Below the pieces are notes generated by a model. The model saw nothing but the letters and a program-made list of their open reading frames with translations. It was not told the DNA's origin and did not search any database. A stretch of DNA of 64,000 nt from a virus (taxonomy: Duplodnaviria > Caudoviricetes). The stretch is from positions 1,394-65,393 of IMG/VR virus record IMGVR_UViG_3300042864_000640; one strand, given 5' to 3'. Below are positions 1-10,060 of this stretch, in pieces; within the stretch, counting starts at the first letter, position 1; the number at the start of each line of letters is the position of its first letter. The position numbers and the translations under genes are program-made.

Positions 1-299
1 ACCCTTATAAATGGATTCATAGTAGGACTGTGTTTACAAAGTGGGGTAGTGGTAATTTAGAACATCTTCGTAGAGAAATTGGTAAGGATGGATATAAGCA
101 ATTTTGGAGAAGAGAAGAGCCACCAAAGCATAGATATCTTCAAATTGTTACGGCTGATAAGAAAGAAAAGAAAGCAATTATGAAAACGTTCAAACACGAA
201 ATCAGACCATATCCAAAAGATACTCGAGCTTTCAACAAAGATATTCAAGTGTGGGAAACAATTGCACCTGAATCAGAAATAGATACCAAATTTTGGTAA
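1..299 (+). CDS. C-terminal fragment of a Mom-like (GNAT-fold) DNA adenine modification protein, truncated by the window edge
   Basis: Frame is open from base 3 (PYKWIHSRTVFTKWG...). It carries the HSRT...KHRY...PYPK motifs typical of C-termini of phage Mom-like proteins. Confidence 0.6.
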   Translation, partial: PYKWIHSRTVFTKWGSGNLEHLRREIGKDGYKQFWRREEPPKHRYLQIVTADKKEKKAIMKTFKHEIRPYPKDTRAFNKDIQVWETIAPESEIDTKFW

Positions 300-327
300 T
301 TTAAAATTAATTAGTTATATTTGTAAT

Positions 328-1554
328 ATGAAATTTTGGAACACAGGCGAAGAAACAAACACAACCACATTTGATTATGATGTGATGAAAAGAAAGTTCA
401 TTGAAAATTTGGACTATCTTAAAGAAATGTCAGTAGAGCAACAAACTTTATATAAGAAGTGGATTGAATGGAATGCTGATAGAGTTTCTAATATGAAGAG
501 ATTACCTGCGTTACAATCATACTACGATTCATTGTGGAAGCCAGCTGATATTAATAATAAGGAATTGACTATTTCTGAAATAGAGCAATTAGACCCTTAT
601 GTGGAAATCGTTGAAGATGACCCAAAAGAATCTACTCGTTGGACTGAAATCCGTAAGTTAATACATACTATGGAATTTTCAGCAAATCCTGGCAGAAACG
701 TAAAAATATATGTTAAGGATAGAGTAAGTAATAAAATATTAGGGCAAATATGTTTAGGTTCTGATATTACATCATTGGGTGTTAGAGATGAATATATTGG
801 TTGGAGTAAAGAAGATAAGTTTGAAAAAGGTAAATTAAATTGTACATCTATTGCTACAACGATTGTATCTACACAACCATTTGGTTATAATTTTTTAGGT
901 GGTAAGTTAATCGCAGCATTAGCAACTGCACCCGAAGTTAGAGCATATTGGAAAACTAAATATGATAATCCATTAGTTGGAGTAGGCACAACATCCCTTT
1001 ACGGAATTCATTCACAATATAATGGTATTCCACATTTCAAAACATTGGGGGAATCCAAAGGTAAGATTTCTACAAAGCCAGATGATTCGGTCTACAATCC
1101 TTGGCATCAATGGATTAAAGAAAATCGTTCGGAATGGTATAAGACGCATATTATGGATGAAAGAGAACGTAATGGTGCTAATATGGGTTACGAAAAGAAC
1201 GGACCTGTAAGTGGAATTAAACAAAAGATTATTCAGGCAATTTTCAAAGAATTAGGAATCAAAGGAAACGCTTATGACCACGGATTTCAAAGAGGTGTAT
1301 ATTTTGCTCCAATATACCAAAATGGTAATGAGTTCTTAAAATCAAAAATCGAAGAAAAGGATTTAATTCTTAATGAAAAGTTTGCAAAAGGAAACGAATA
1401 TACCACTAAGTGGTGGAAGGATAAAGCCATCAAACGATATACAAAACTACACGATGAGGGTAGAATCAAACCCGAAGTACTATTCTACGTTGATGCAATT
1501 GGTATGACGTGGGAGCAAATGCAAGAAGCATATTTAAAAGAGGTGGGTAGATAA
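328..1554 (+). CDS. DUF4338 / Druantia DruA-like protein
   Basis: Motifs PGRN, LGSD..RD..IGW, QPFGYNFLGGKL, TTSLYG..SQY. Confidence 0.65.
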   Translation: MKFWNTGEETNTTTFDYDVMKRKFIENLDYLKEMSVEQQTLYKKWIEWNADRVSNMKRLPALQSYYDSLWKPADINNKELTISEIEQLDPYVEIVEDDPKESTRWTEIRKLIHTMEFSANPGRNVKIYVKDRVSNKILGQICLGSDITSLGVRDEYIGWSKEDKFEKGKLNCTSIATTIVSTQPFGYNFLGGKLIAALATAPEVRAYWKTKYDNPLVGVGTTSLYGIHSQYNGIPHFKTLGESKGKISTKPDDSVYNPWHQWIKENRSEWYKTHIMDERERNGANMGYEKNGPVSGIKQKIIQAIFKELGIKGNAYDHGFQRGVYFAPIYQNGNEFLKSKIEEKDLILNEKFAKGNEYTTKWWKDKAIKRYTKLHDEGRIKPEVLFYVDAIGMTWEQMQEAYLKEVGR

Positions 1555-1576
1555 CATATTGATTATCAACCTGTTA
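1552..1576. repeat. 25-bp palindromic element (single copy)
   Basis: TAACATATTGATTATCAACCTGTTA; same family as the copies at 43231, 45816, 61222 and 63576. Confidence 0.8.
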
Positions 1577-1595
1577 TATAAAATATCCCTAATTA

Positions 1596-1628
1596 TTTGG
1601 TAATTTGGGATATTTTTCGTATCTTTAC
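1596..1628 (+). promoter_or_regulatory. Bacteroidetes-type primary-sigma promoter (representative copy)
   Basis: TTTGG ... TTTTCGTATCTTTA. The same element recurs near 6897, 10047, 25501, 26620, 30933, 43396, 46042, 47379, 51167, 51615, 51851, 52005, 54504, 55396, 58628, 61337 and 63790. Confidence 0.8.
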
Positions 1629-1711
1629 ATAGTAAACAATTTATAAAGTGTTGCTAAATGTTGGGTTACTATTACTCAATTGACCAACGCTTTCACATTA
1701 AAACATAAAAT

Positions 1712-3196
1712 ATGTATTTAAACTGCGAAAACGCCGAAAAACAATTCGGACAAACACAAGACCCAATATCACACAATGGTGATATTTCAGTTCAATTTTT
1801 AAAAGATGCACATGGTGTATCATTAGAAACCGGTGCTAGAGAGTACCAAAGAGAGAAAGTTGCAAGGTTAGATTGGAAGCAAGCAATTATTCTTACAATT
1901 CTTTCAAAGAGCTACGCTCGTATTCCACAAATTCACATTAGAGTAGAACCAACCGAAGGTGGTGGTTTCAGATTTGAAATCGTTGATGGACAACAACGTG
2001 TTAGTGCTCCATTAGATTTTATTGATGGTAAATTTAAATTACCAACGGATGATGATGCATATATCATAGATGGTATGGATTGTCGTGGTTGTGATATTAA
2101 AAAAATTAAAAGTAAATTTCCAAAACTATATTCTAAAATAATGGAATATCGTATATCATGTTTGTGGTATGAAAATTTAGAAGATGATATGGTTTCAGAT
2201 TTATTTGTAAACATATTGAATAATGTGAATGATATGAAAGAGCAGGAAATACGAAACGCTGTTCGTGGTTTGTTATCATCTTATATTCGTGATACCGCTA
2301 GGTTTGAAGAAATGCATGATTTATTTGAAAGACAAACTATTATCACCGATAAGAGAGGTAATAAGACTAAAGATGTACTTAAACATTTTTCACCATCATT
2401 TGCTTTAAAAGGTAGAATGGAAGTTGATGAATGGTTTTCTGAAATCATATTTTTGAAAAAGCACGGATTTGAAAATGGCGTAACTCCTGCCGCACTTACA
2501 AAGTGGGTTAAAGATGTACAAAGAGGTAGTGGCGATTTTACAAAAAAAGTTTTATTCAATAAATTTAAGAAAGAAGTAGATGAGTTATTAGATTTTTCTT
2601 ATAAAGTAATTACATCAGTTGAAAAAATACACAAAGATAAGCTAACACCTTGGCTATCTATGATACTTGTACTTTACGCAGATTCATTGAGAAATCAATC
2701 ATATGCGGTTGATGTAAAAACATATACAAAGAAGTTTTTTGAAATATACAGAAAATGGAGTAATACGAATGATAAGTTGTATATGAATGAAACGATGTTA
2801 AATGGTAATCAAATGCAACCATTCAATGAGTTATTTGGTGGTAAAAACAAAAATGCAATTGGTACAATTTGTTGGGTTCTTAATAAAGAAAAAGAAGCTG
2901 ATAAAAACCAATTTGGTGATGTTGAATCATTCGGCTTGTTAGCATTAGACCCCAAAGAAACATTTAGTGAAGCTCAAATCTTACAAAAATGGGAAGAGCA
3001 AGATGGTAAATGCTTTTATACGGGTGAAGAACTTGAAAGAAATGAATTGGCAGGAGACCATCACATTCCTAGAAGTTGGGGAATCGCTAAGGGTGGCGTT
3101 ACCGAATATAATAATTTGCGTGTAACTTCAAAATCTTTAAATTTGAAGAAAGGCGCTAGGCATGGTGATGAGTTTTTATCCGAATTAAAAAAATAA
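1712..3196 (+). CDS. DUF262 + C-terminal HNH nuclease (GmrSD/SspE-like)
   Basis: N-terminal YQR...W...IPQI...IVDGQQR (DUF262); C-terminal DHHIPRS..GG.T...NL.......N..KG (HNH). Confidence 0.8.
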   Translation: MYLNCENAEKQFGQTQDPISHNGDISVQFLKDAHGVSLETGAREYQREKVARLDWKQAIILTILSKSYARIPQIHIRVEPTEGGGFRFEIVDGQQRVSAPLDFIDGKFKLPTDDDAYIIDGMDCRGCDIKKIKSKFPKLYSKIMEYRISCLWYENLEDDMVSDLFVNILNNVNDMKEQEIRNAVRGLLSSYIRDTARFEEMHDLFERQTIITDKRGNKTKDVLKHFSPSFALKGRMEVDEWFSEIIFLKKHGFENGVTPAALTKWVKDVQRGSGDFTKKVLFNKFKKEVDELLDFSYKVITSVEKIHKDKLTPWLSMILVLYADSLRNQSYAVDVKTYTKKFFEIYRKWSNTNDKLYMNETMLNGNQMQPFNELFGGKNKNAIGTICWVLNKEKEADKNQFGDVESFGLLALDPKETFSEAQILQKWEEQDGKCFYTGEELERNELAGDHHIPRSWGIAKGGVTEYNNLRVTSKSLNLKKGARHGDEFLSELKK

Positions 3197-3199
3197 TAA

Positions 3200-4312
3200 A
3201 TGAATTTTTGGGAAAGTATAGATTATAATAAAGCAAGGAAAGTGTTGGTGATACCTAATATCACCAACTCTTCCAATATTGAAAAGGATTCGTTTGTGGA
3301 TGTTATATACAACCATATCAAAGGATTAGAATCGGAGGGTGAATTCTTTTGGAATATTATATTGCCACAGCCTGTTAAGAAATTAAATCTAATAAATGTG
3401 AAGCAGCATATACTTCAATTTTCAGGCGATATGATTAAGATGAGAACGTATCCGCCGGATATGAATCGTTTGTTGGAAACATTGGAATATGATGTAATAT
3501 ATTCTCATTTGCCTGATTGGCCGCAAGTTGGCAGATATAAGAACGATTTCAAAACCAATGTAATTGGATATTGCCATTGGTGGGAAATGAAATCTTGTAA
3601 TGCAGAAGATAGAAAAAACAAATGGAGATGGATGCCGATTGAACTTTTGGGTGTATCTCAAATGGAAACTTGCTTCCTAAATACACAAGAACAAAAAGAT
3701 AGAGTTTTAGAAGAAGCAAAATTATGGTTCAATGATTTGTTTATTCAAAAATTAAGTAGTATATTAGTAGTGTGGAATTTAGGAATAGATGTTACAAAAA
3801 TTATCGAATCGCCTAAACCAAAAGAAAAAGTTATTGTATTCAATCATAGAGCAGCTGCATATAAAGGATATCCATCATTTATTAAGTTGATGGAAGAGTA
3901 TAGAGGACGTAGACAAGATTTCAAAGTTTGGGTGCCTCAATTGGATGGTAAGCCTGAATTTAATTGGATTGATAATACCAAAGTAGCTAAGCACGATTAC
4001 TATAAGAAATTACAATCTTGCTCCGTTGGAATTCAAATGAGGCAGACTAACTATGGTTGGAGTGTAGCAGCTACCGATTGTATGATGAATGGAACTACTA
4101 TGATATTTCAGGAATCAGATTGTTACAAAGAGATAGACCCAAAAGGGTTGTTCTTTAAATATAAAAAAGATTTGTTTGATATGCTTGATAAAATATTAGA
4201 TGATGAAAATCATAGATTAGAATTATCAATAAAAGCAATTGAAAGAGCAAAGGAACTATCTGAAAACGATAGTAGGATGATTAAAATATTAAACGAAAAA
4301 CTAAGAGCTTAA
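3200..4312 (+). CDS. GT-B fold glycosyltransferase (possibly DNA-modifying)
   Basis: VFNHR...YKGY motif and C-terminal GT4-like nucleotide-sugar lobe (YGWSVAATDCMMNGT); abuts the DNA polymerase gene. Confidence 0.65.
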   Translation: MNFWESIDYNKARKVLVIPNITNSSNIEKDSFVDVIYNHIKGLESEGEFFWNIILPQPVKKLNLINVKQHILQFSGDMIKMRTYPPDMNRLLETLEYDVIYSHLPDWPQVGRYKNDFKTNVIGYCHWWEMKSCNAEDRKNKWRWMPIELLGVSQMETCFLNTQEQKDRVLEEAKLWFNDLFIQKLSSILVVWNLGIDVTKIIESPKPKEKVIVFNHRAAAYKGYPSFIKLMEEYRGRRQDFKVWVPQLDGKPEFNWIDNTKVAKHDYYKKLQSCSVGIQMRQTNYGWSVAATDCMMNGTTMIFQESDCYKEIDPKGLFFKYKKDLFDMLDKILDDENHRLELSIKAIERAKELSENDSRMIKILNEKLRA

Positions 4313-6873
4313 TGTATCAAAACATTTATTACGAAAGACAGAAAAATTTAATCCATCTATGGGATGATAAGAGTGGATATCAAACATTCCCATATCGAAA
4401 GTATGCATACAAACGAGATGCATATGGTGAATACCTTTCTATGTATGGTGATAAATTGAGTAAAGTTGGTAAATGGGAAAAAGAAGATGCCGAAGATTTA
4501 TTCGAATCAGATGTTCCCGAAACAACGAGAGTATTGGTAGATATATACGAAAACGATTTACCATCAAATGGACATAGAGTTCTTACATTTGATATTGAGG
4601 TAGAAATGATAACGGGTCTACCAAATACAAAAGATGCAAAGAATGAAATTACGGCAATTGCAGCACATGATGGAGCAACAAAACTCTATGATGTGTTCGT
4701 ATTAGATAAGGAGAGAAAAGTAAAGAACAAAGCCAAAAACTTTAATAAAGATGGTAGAGAAGTTACTCTTCATATATTTGATAATGAACGTAATCTATTA
4801 CAGGCATTTCTTAACTATTACGAAGAAGTAAATCCAACAATCCTAACGGGTTGGAATATTGATTTCTTTGATATTCCATATTTGTATAACCGATTAAAGA
4901 ATGTATGTGGCGAAGGACATGCTAAACGATTATCACCAATAGGACAGGCATTCTGGTCTCCATATAGAGAGAAGTTTAGTTTTGGTGGTGTATCCATTTT
5001 GGATTATATCAATCTATATAAAACTTACACATATACGTTAGAAGCATCTTATACTCTAAACTATATCGCTACCAAAGAATTGGGTAGAGGTAAGATTGAG
5101 TATGAAGGAAGTTTGGATGATTTATTCGAAAATGATTTAGAAAAGTTTATTGAGTATAACATTGTCGATGTGGACTTAGTTGTATCGATGGATGAGAAAC
5201 TTCAATTCATTGAATTATGTAGAGCCGTTTGTCACGCCGGATATGTACCATATGAGGATTACATATATTCATCGAAGTGGTTGGAAGGAGCTTGTTTAGG
5301 GTATCTTAAAAAGAAAGGATTGGTAGCAACAAATAAACCACGAGATAGGAAAGAAAGGATGCAGGCTCTTAGAGATAATAACCAAGAGAAGTTTATTGGA
5401 GCTTATGTAAAAGAACCTATCGTTGGTAAGTATGATTGGATATATGATTTGGATTTAACTTCACTATATCCATCAATCATTATGACTCTAAATATTTCGC
5501 CAGAAACTAAAGTTGGTAAGATTACAAATTGGGATGCCGAAGCCAATATTAGAGGATTGGATACGACATATAAGTTAGTTGGTAAAGATGGTGATACATA
5601 CGAATATACGACTCAGGAGTTAACGGAAGTTATCAAAGATAGTAACTTGGGTGTTGCAGCAAATGGGGTTCTATATACACAGGATAAGAAGGGTCTTATT
5701 GCTGATATCTTAAATGATTGGTTTGAAAAGCGTGTTGAGTTCAGAAAATTAGAAAAACAATATGGTGAAGCGGGTGATACGGAGAAATATGACTTTTATG
5801 CTAAAAGGCAGCTTGTTCAGAAGATTCTTCTTAATTCTATGTATGGTGTTCTTGGCCTTCCTGCCTTTCGGTTTTACGATATTGATAATGCAGAGGCAGT
5901 TACGGTTACGGGTCAAACTGTTATTAAGAAAACGGCGGAGATGGCAAATAGAAAATATTGGAAAGAATTAGGAACAACTGATGACTACAATGTTTATATT
6001 GATACGGATTCAATTTATATGATGGCAGAACCATTGGTAAAACATAGATACCCAGAATATAAAACATTTGATGAAAAGAGAATGGCAGTTGAGGTGGATA
6101 ATATTGCAACCGAAACACAAACATTCTTAAATTCATTCTATGATATGTTGGCTGAAAGATTCTTCTTTATTCCAAAAGAGAAACATAGATTTGAAATCAA
6201 AAAGGAGTATATCAGTAAAGCAGGATTTTGGGTAGCTAAGAAACGATACGCACAATGGATGGTATTAAAGAATGGTATTCCGTGTGATAAGTTAGATGTA
6301 AAGGGATTGGATGTAGTACGTTCATCATTCCCCAAAGCATTTCAGGACCAAATGAGTGCTATGTTGAAGGATATTCTAATGGGTAAAGATAATGAATACG
6401 TTGATACAAAACTATTAGCATTTAAAGCTAGTATGGCTACTTTGCCTGTTAATAAGATAGCAAAGGGTGGAGCAATTAAAGAGTTAAGTAAATATGATAA
6501 TGGTACTTGGAGAAAAGATAGTGGGTTATCAATTGCATCTTTTGAGAAAGGAACTCCGGCGCACGTTAAAGCTGGGATTACTTACAATCGATTATTGAAG
6601 TTCTTTAATGCACCATATAAGCACGAACCAATTAGAGATGGTGATAAAGTAAAGTGGGTATATCTTAAAAATAATCCATTGGGATTGGATACTGTGGCAT
6701 TTAAGGATTATAACGACCCTAAAGAAATTATGGATTTCGTAGAACAATATATTGATAGAGATAAATTATATGTATCGGATATGGAAAATAAGGTAGATGA
6801 TTTCTATACCGCACTTAAATGGCAAAAGGCTTCAACTGAAGCTCTAACTGCCAAAAAGTTTTTCTCATTTTAA
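4312..6873 (+). CDS. Family B DNA polymerase (T4 gp43-like)
   Basis: Exo FDIE and GWNIDFFD; polymerase DLTSLYPSII, KILLNSMYG, YIDTDS, KKRYA. Confidence 0.97.
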   Translation: MYQNIYYERQKNLIHLWDDKSGYQTFPYRKYAYKRDAYGEYLSMYGDKLSKVGKWEKEDAEDLFESDVPETTRVLVDIYENDLPSNGHRVLTFDIEVEMITGLPNTKDAKNEITAIAAHDGATKLYDVFVLDKERKVKNKAKNFNKDGREVTLHIFDNERNLLQAFLNYYEEVNPTILTGWNIDFFDIPYLYNRLKNVCGEGHAKRLSPIGQAFWSPYREKFSFGGVSILDYINLYKTYTYTLEASYTLNYIATKELGRGKIEYEGSLDDLFENDLEKFIEYNIVDVDLVVSMDEKLQFIELCRAVCHAGYVPYEDYIYSSKWLEGACLGYLKKKGLVATNKPRDRKERMQALRDNNQEKFIGAYVKEPIVGKYDWIYDLDLTSLYPSIIMTLNISPETKVGKITNWDAEANIRGLDTTYKLVGKDGDTYEYTTQELTEVIKDSNLGVAANGVLYTQDKKGLIADILNDWFEKRVEFRKLEKQYGEAGDTEKYDFYAKRQLVQKILLNSMYGVLGLPAFRFYDIDNAEAVTVTGQTVIKKTAEMANRKYWKELGTTDDYNVYIDTDSIYMMAEPLVKHRYPEYKTFDEKRMAVEVDNIATETQTFLNSFYDMLAERFFFIPKEKHRFEIKKEYISKAGFWVAKKRYAQWMVLKNGIPCDKLDVKGLDVVRSSFPKAFQDQMSAMLKDILMGKDNEYVDTKLLAFKASMATLPVNKIAKGGAIKELSKYDNGTWRKDSGLSIASFEKGTPAHVKAGITYNRLLKFFNAPYKHEPIRDGDKVKWVYLKNNPLGLDTVAFKDYNDPKEIMDFVEQYIDRDKLYVSDMENKVDDFYTALKWQKASTEALTAKKFFSF

Positions 6874-6941
6874 TTTGGAACATTCGAAATATTTTCGTAT
6901 ATTTACACAATAACAATAAAATAAAATTTAAAAATTAGATT

Positions 6942-7655
6942 ATGAACAAACAAAATTTACAAAGATTCATTCAAAAGTATTCACTAGGTGGAGTTATTGA
7001 ATCAGTAGCATGGAATGCAGAAGGAAACAAACTATCTGTACGCTTCATTTCAGATGATAAGACTATGTTGGGTGAAGTGGATTTTAATGGCTTTACATCA
7101 AAACCATTCAATGTTGGTATTTACACTACATCATTGTTAAAAAATTTATTAGGCATTTTGGATAATGACTTATCTTTAAATGTTGACATGGTTGGCGATA
7201 GAGCAACTGTATTAAAGTTGAATTCAGATGAAACTGAAACTTCGTATCAATTAGCAGATTTAGGTGTAATTCCTGTTGTACCTGATTTGAAGCAAATGCC
7301 TGAATTTGGTATCTCAATCGAAATGGCATCTACTATGATTGATAAATTTATCAAAGCAAAAGGTGCATTATCAGATATCGATACATTCACTGTATTTACT
7401 GAAAATGGTGATTTGAAAATGGCTATTGGTTATTCAACTATTTCTACAAATAGAGTAACCTTCACTTGCCAGAAAGGATATGCCGGTGAAGTTAAACCAA
7501 TTTCTTTCTCCGCTAAGTATCTTAAAGAAATCTTAACGGCTAACAAAGAAGCAACATCTGCTAAACTTAACGTATCGGCTGATGGATTGGCGCACGTTGA
7601 ATTCATTATCGATGAGTTCGTATGTAAATATTATTTAGTAGAAATTTCAAATTAA
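6942..7655 (+). CDS. DNA sliding clamp (gp45/PCNA-like)
   Basis: 237 aa, follows PolB, PCNA-like FSAKYLKEIL and terminal KYYLV. Confidence 0.75.
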   Translation: MNKQNLQRFIQKYSLGGVIESVAWNAEGNKLSVRFISDDKTMLGEVDFNGFTSKPFNVGIYTTSLLKNLLGILDNDLSLNVDMVGDRATVLKLNSDETETSYQLADLGVIPVVPDLKQMPEFGISIEMASTMIDKFIKAKGALSDIDTFTVFTENGDLKMAIGYSTISTNRVTFTCQKGYAGEVKPISFSAKYLKEILTANKEATSAKLNVSADGLAHVEFIIDEFVCKYYLVEISN

Positions 7656-7661
7656 TAAAAA

Positions 7662-7970
7662 ATGGCAGAACAATTAGATTTATTTCCAGAAGAGAAATTA
7701 CAACAACAGGATGCAGGTAGTATTGGAGTACCTGAAGCAACCCCAATCTTAGATGCAGAATGGTGTTTTCAATTTTTTAATAATGAGCCGGTGGTATTTG
7801 CATTCTCAAATGAAGGCGAAACAGCTGCACCATTACAAATGAAAATTGAACCAACCGAAGGACAAGGATTGAACTTCCAACAAAATGGAATGGTATTCAG
7901 AGTGTTCCCAAGACCAATTTCGGAAGAAACAAAATTAGAAAGAAAAAAAGAAAATGAAAGTAAAGATTAA
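7662..7970 (+). CDS. Hypothetical protein
   Basis: Tightly packed ORF in the replication operon. Confidence 0.6.
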   Translation: MAEQLDLFPEEKLQQQDAGSIGVPEATPILDAEWCFQFFNNEPVVFAFSNEGETAAPLQMKIEPTEGQGLNFQQNGMVFRVFPRPISEETKLERKKENESKD

Positions 7971-8379
7971 AAAATTACATTCCGATGCCGTTATCCCCAC
8001 CTATGCAAAACGTGGGGATGCCGGTATGGATTTAGTAGCAACTGAAATACTATCCAATACAACATTTGATATTACTTATGGATTGGGCGTTGCATTAGAA
8101 ATACCTGAAGGATTCGTGGGATTGGTATTTCCTCGTTCATCAATTAGAAAATATGAATTAGCATTATCTAATTCAGTAGGGGTAATTGATAGTGGATATA
8201 GGGGAGAATTACAAGCTACATTTAAGAAAACAAATGGATTGGATTCATTATCGTATAAAGTAGGTGATAGAGTTGTACAAATTATGATTATCCCACATCC
8301 AACGATTGAATTTGAAGAAGTAAATGAATTAAATAACACCGAAAGAGGCGAAGGCGGATTCGGTTCAACAGGAAAATAA
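7954..8379 (+). CDS. dut: Trimeric dUTPase
   Basis: AGMDL, PRSS, GVIDSGYRGE, RGEGGFGSTG. Confidence 0.97.
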   Translation: MKVKIKKLHSDAVIPTYAKRGDAGMDLVATEILSNTTFDITYGLGVALEIPEGFVGLVFPRSSIRKYELALSNSVGVIDSGYRGELQATFKKTNGLDSLSYKVGDRVVQIMIIPHPTIEFEEVNELNNTERGEGGFGSTGK

Positions 8380-8385
8380 TATAAT

Positions 8386-9333
8386 ATGAGCTTTTTCGCA
8401 AACGATATAAATAAAAGAGAGCATAGTTTATGGGTGGAGAAATACCGACCACAAACATTAGCTGATTACGTTGGTAATGAAACCATCAAAGAAACTATCC
8501 AACAATATTTGGATAACAACGATATTCCGCATTTACTATTGTATGGAAAAGCGGGTACGGGTAAAACCACATTGGCTAAGTTAATCGTAAACACAATTAA
8601 ATGTGACCATATGATTATCAATGCATCGGATGAGAATAACGTTGATACAGTTCGTAACAAAGTAAAAGGATTCGCATCATCGGTAGGTTTCGCAGGATTC
8701 AAAGTTGTAATTTTGGATGAGTTTGATTATATGACTCCAAACGCACAGGCAATTCTTCGTAACTTAATGGAAACATTCAGTAAGCATTGTAGATTCATTT
8801 TGACGTGTAACTACATTGAGAAGATTATTGACCCGATTCAAAGTAGATGTCAATCATTTGCAATTACACCTCCAACTAAGAAAGATGTAGCAATTCAGGT
8901 TAGTAAGATTTTGGATACCGAAAAGATTACATATGATATTAAGAATGTAGCTGATATAGTTAGTTCATATTATCCAGATATCCGTAGAATCCTAAATACT
9001 TGCCAACTACAATCGGCTAAAGGTGAATTGAAAGTAGACCATGCAATTATGGTTGAATCTAATTTCCAAACTAAGTTGATTGACCTTCTTAAATCATCCA
9101 ATGATAAAAGAAACTTATTCATAAACATTAGACAGGCGGTAGCTGATAATCGATTAAATGATTATTCAGAAATGTATTCTATGTTATATGATAAGGTAGA
9201 TGATTACGCTGCTGGAAATACAGCAAATGTGATACTTACCATAGCAGATGGATTATCAAAAGATGCTTTAGTAGTAGATAAAGAGATAGTGTTTATGAGC
9301 ACAATTATTCAAATTTTAAATATTATAAAATGA
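8386..9333 (+). CDS. Clamp loader AAA+ subunit (RFC small / gp44-like)
   Basis: WVEKYRP, GKAGTGKTT, LDEFD, SRC. Confidence 0.95.
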   Translation: MSFFANDINKREHSLWVEKYRPQTLADYVGNETIKETIQQYLDNNDIPHLLLYGKAGTGKTTLAKLIVNTIKCDHMIINASDENNVDTVRNKVKGFASSVGFAGFKVVILDEFDYMTPNAQAILRNLMETFSKHCRFILTCNYIEKIIDPIQSRCQSFAITPPTKKDVAIQVSKILDTEKITYDIKNVADIVSSYYPDIRRILNTCQLQSAKGELKVDHAIMVESNFQTKLIDLLKSSNDKRNLFINIRQAVADNRLNDYSEMYSMLYDKVDDYAAGNTANVILTIADGLSKDALVVDKEIVFMSTIIQILNIIK

Positions 9334-9569
9334 TAAACGAACAATTTCAACAACCACAAATTGATTTAAAAGATACACGAGATGTAGCTTGTGAATGTGG
9401 TAATATTATTTTTATGCCAGGATTTAGATTTCGTAAGGCTTCTAAATTATTAACGGGTGGTGATAAAGATACCATTATGCCATTCGAAGCATTCTTATGT
9501 ACAAATTGTGGTAAACCATTGCAAGAGTTTTTACCCGATGAATTAAAAACTCCAAAAGAAGAAAAATAA
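9330..9569 (+). CDS. Small zinc-ribbon protein
   Basis: CECG...CTNCG. Confidence 0.6.
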   Translation: MINEQFQQPQIDLKDTRDVACECGNIIFMPGFRFRKASKLLTGGDKDTIMPFEAFLCTNCGKPLQEFLPDELKTPKEEK

Positions 9570-10021
9570 TGGCAGCTAAAAAGTTATTCGACCATCTTAA
9601 TGCAATTACGGCGGAGCAAGACCCTAAATATTTCGATAAGTTATCGGAAGAGGATTTGAAATCGTGGAGTAACTTTATGATTAATCGATTCCTGTCTATG
9701 AAGCCGGAATGGGTTGAACTCATTGCATCATTATTACCATTAACACAAACTCTTCAGCCAAAGGAGATGTACAAATTGTATATTGGTGTATTACCAAAAG
9801 GTAAGCAGTATTTAAAATATACTAAAGGTAAATCTGAAGATAAGTATGAGGAGTTTTTAGTTGAATTGGTTAAGAAAGAGTATTCGGTGCCAGAATCACA
9901 GGCATTAGAATACATAGATATCCTCTATTCGACTAGAGAAGGTAGAGAAAATATCAAATACATTTGCGAGATGTATGGCATAGAAAAAAAACAAATTACG
10001 AAACTTAAATTAAAGATATAA
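9569..10021 (+). CDS. Clamp loader accessory subunit (gp62-like)
   Basis: FMINRFLSM motif, size, and position after the RFC gene. Confidence 0.65.
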   Translation: MAAKKLFDHLNAITAEQDPKYFDKLSEEDLKSWSNFMINRFLSMKPEWVELIASLLPLTQTLQPKEMYKLYIGVLPKGKQYLKYTKGKSEDKYEEFLVELVKKEYSVPESQALEYIDILYSTREGRENIKYICEMYGIEKKQITKLKLKI

Positions 10022-10060
10022 TTCTTTGGTTTATTGAAATAAAATTCGTATATTTGTTAT

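Noticed and set aside
328-1554. Complete Druantia defence system
   Set aside because: Only a DruA-like gene is present; no DruE helicase or other dru genes in the window.
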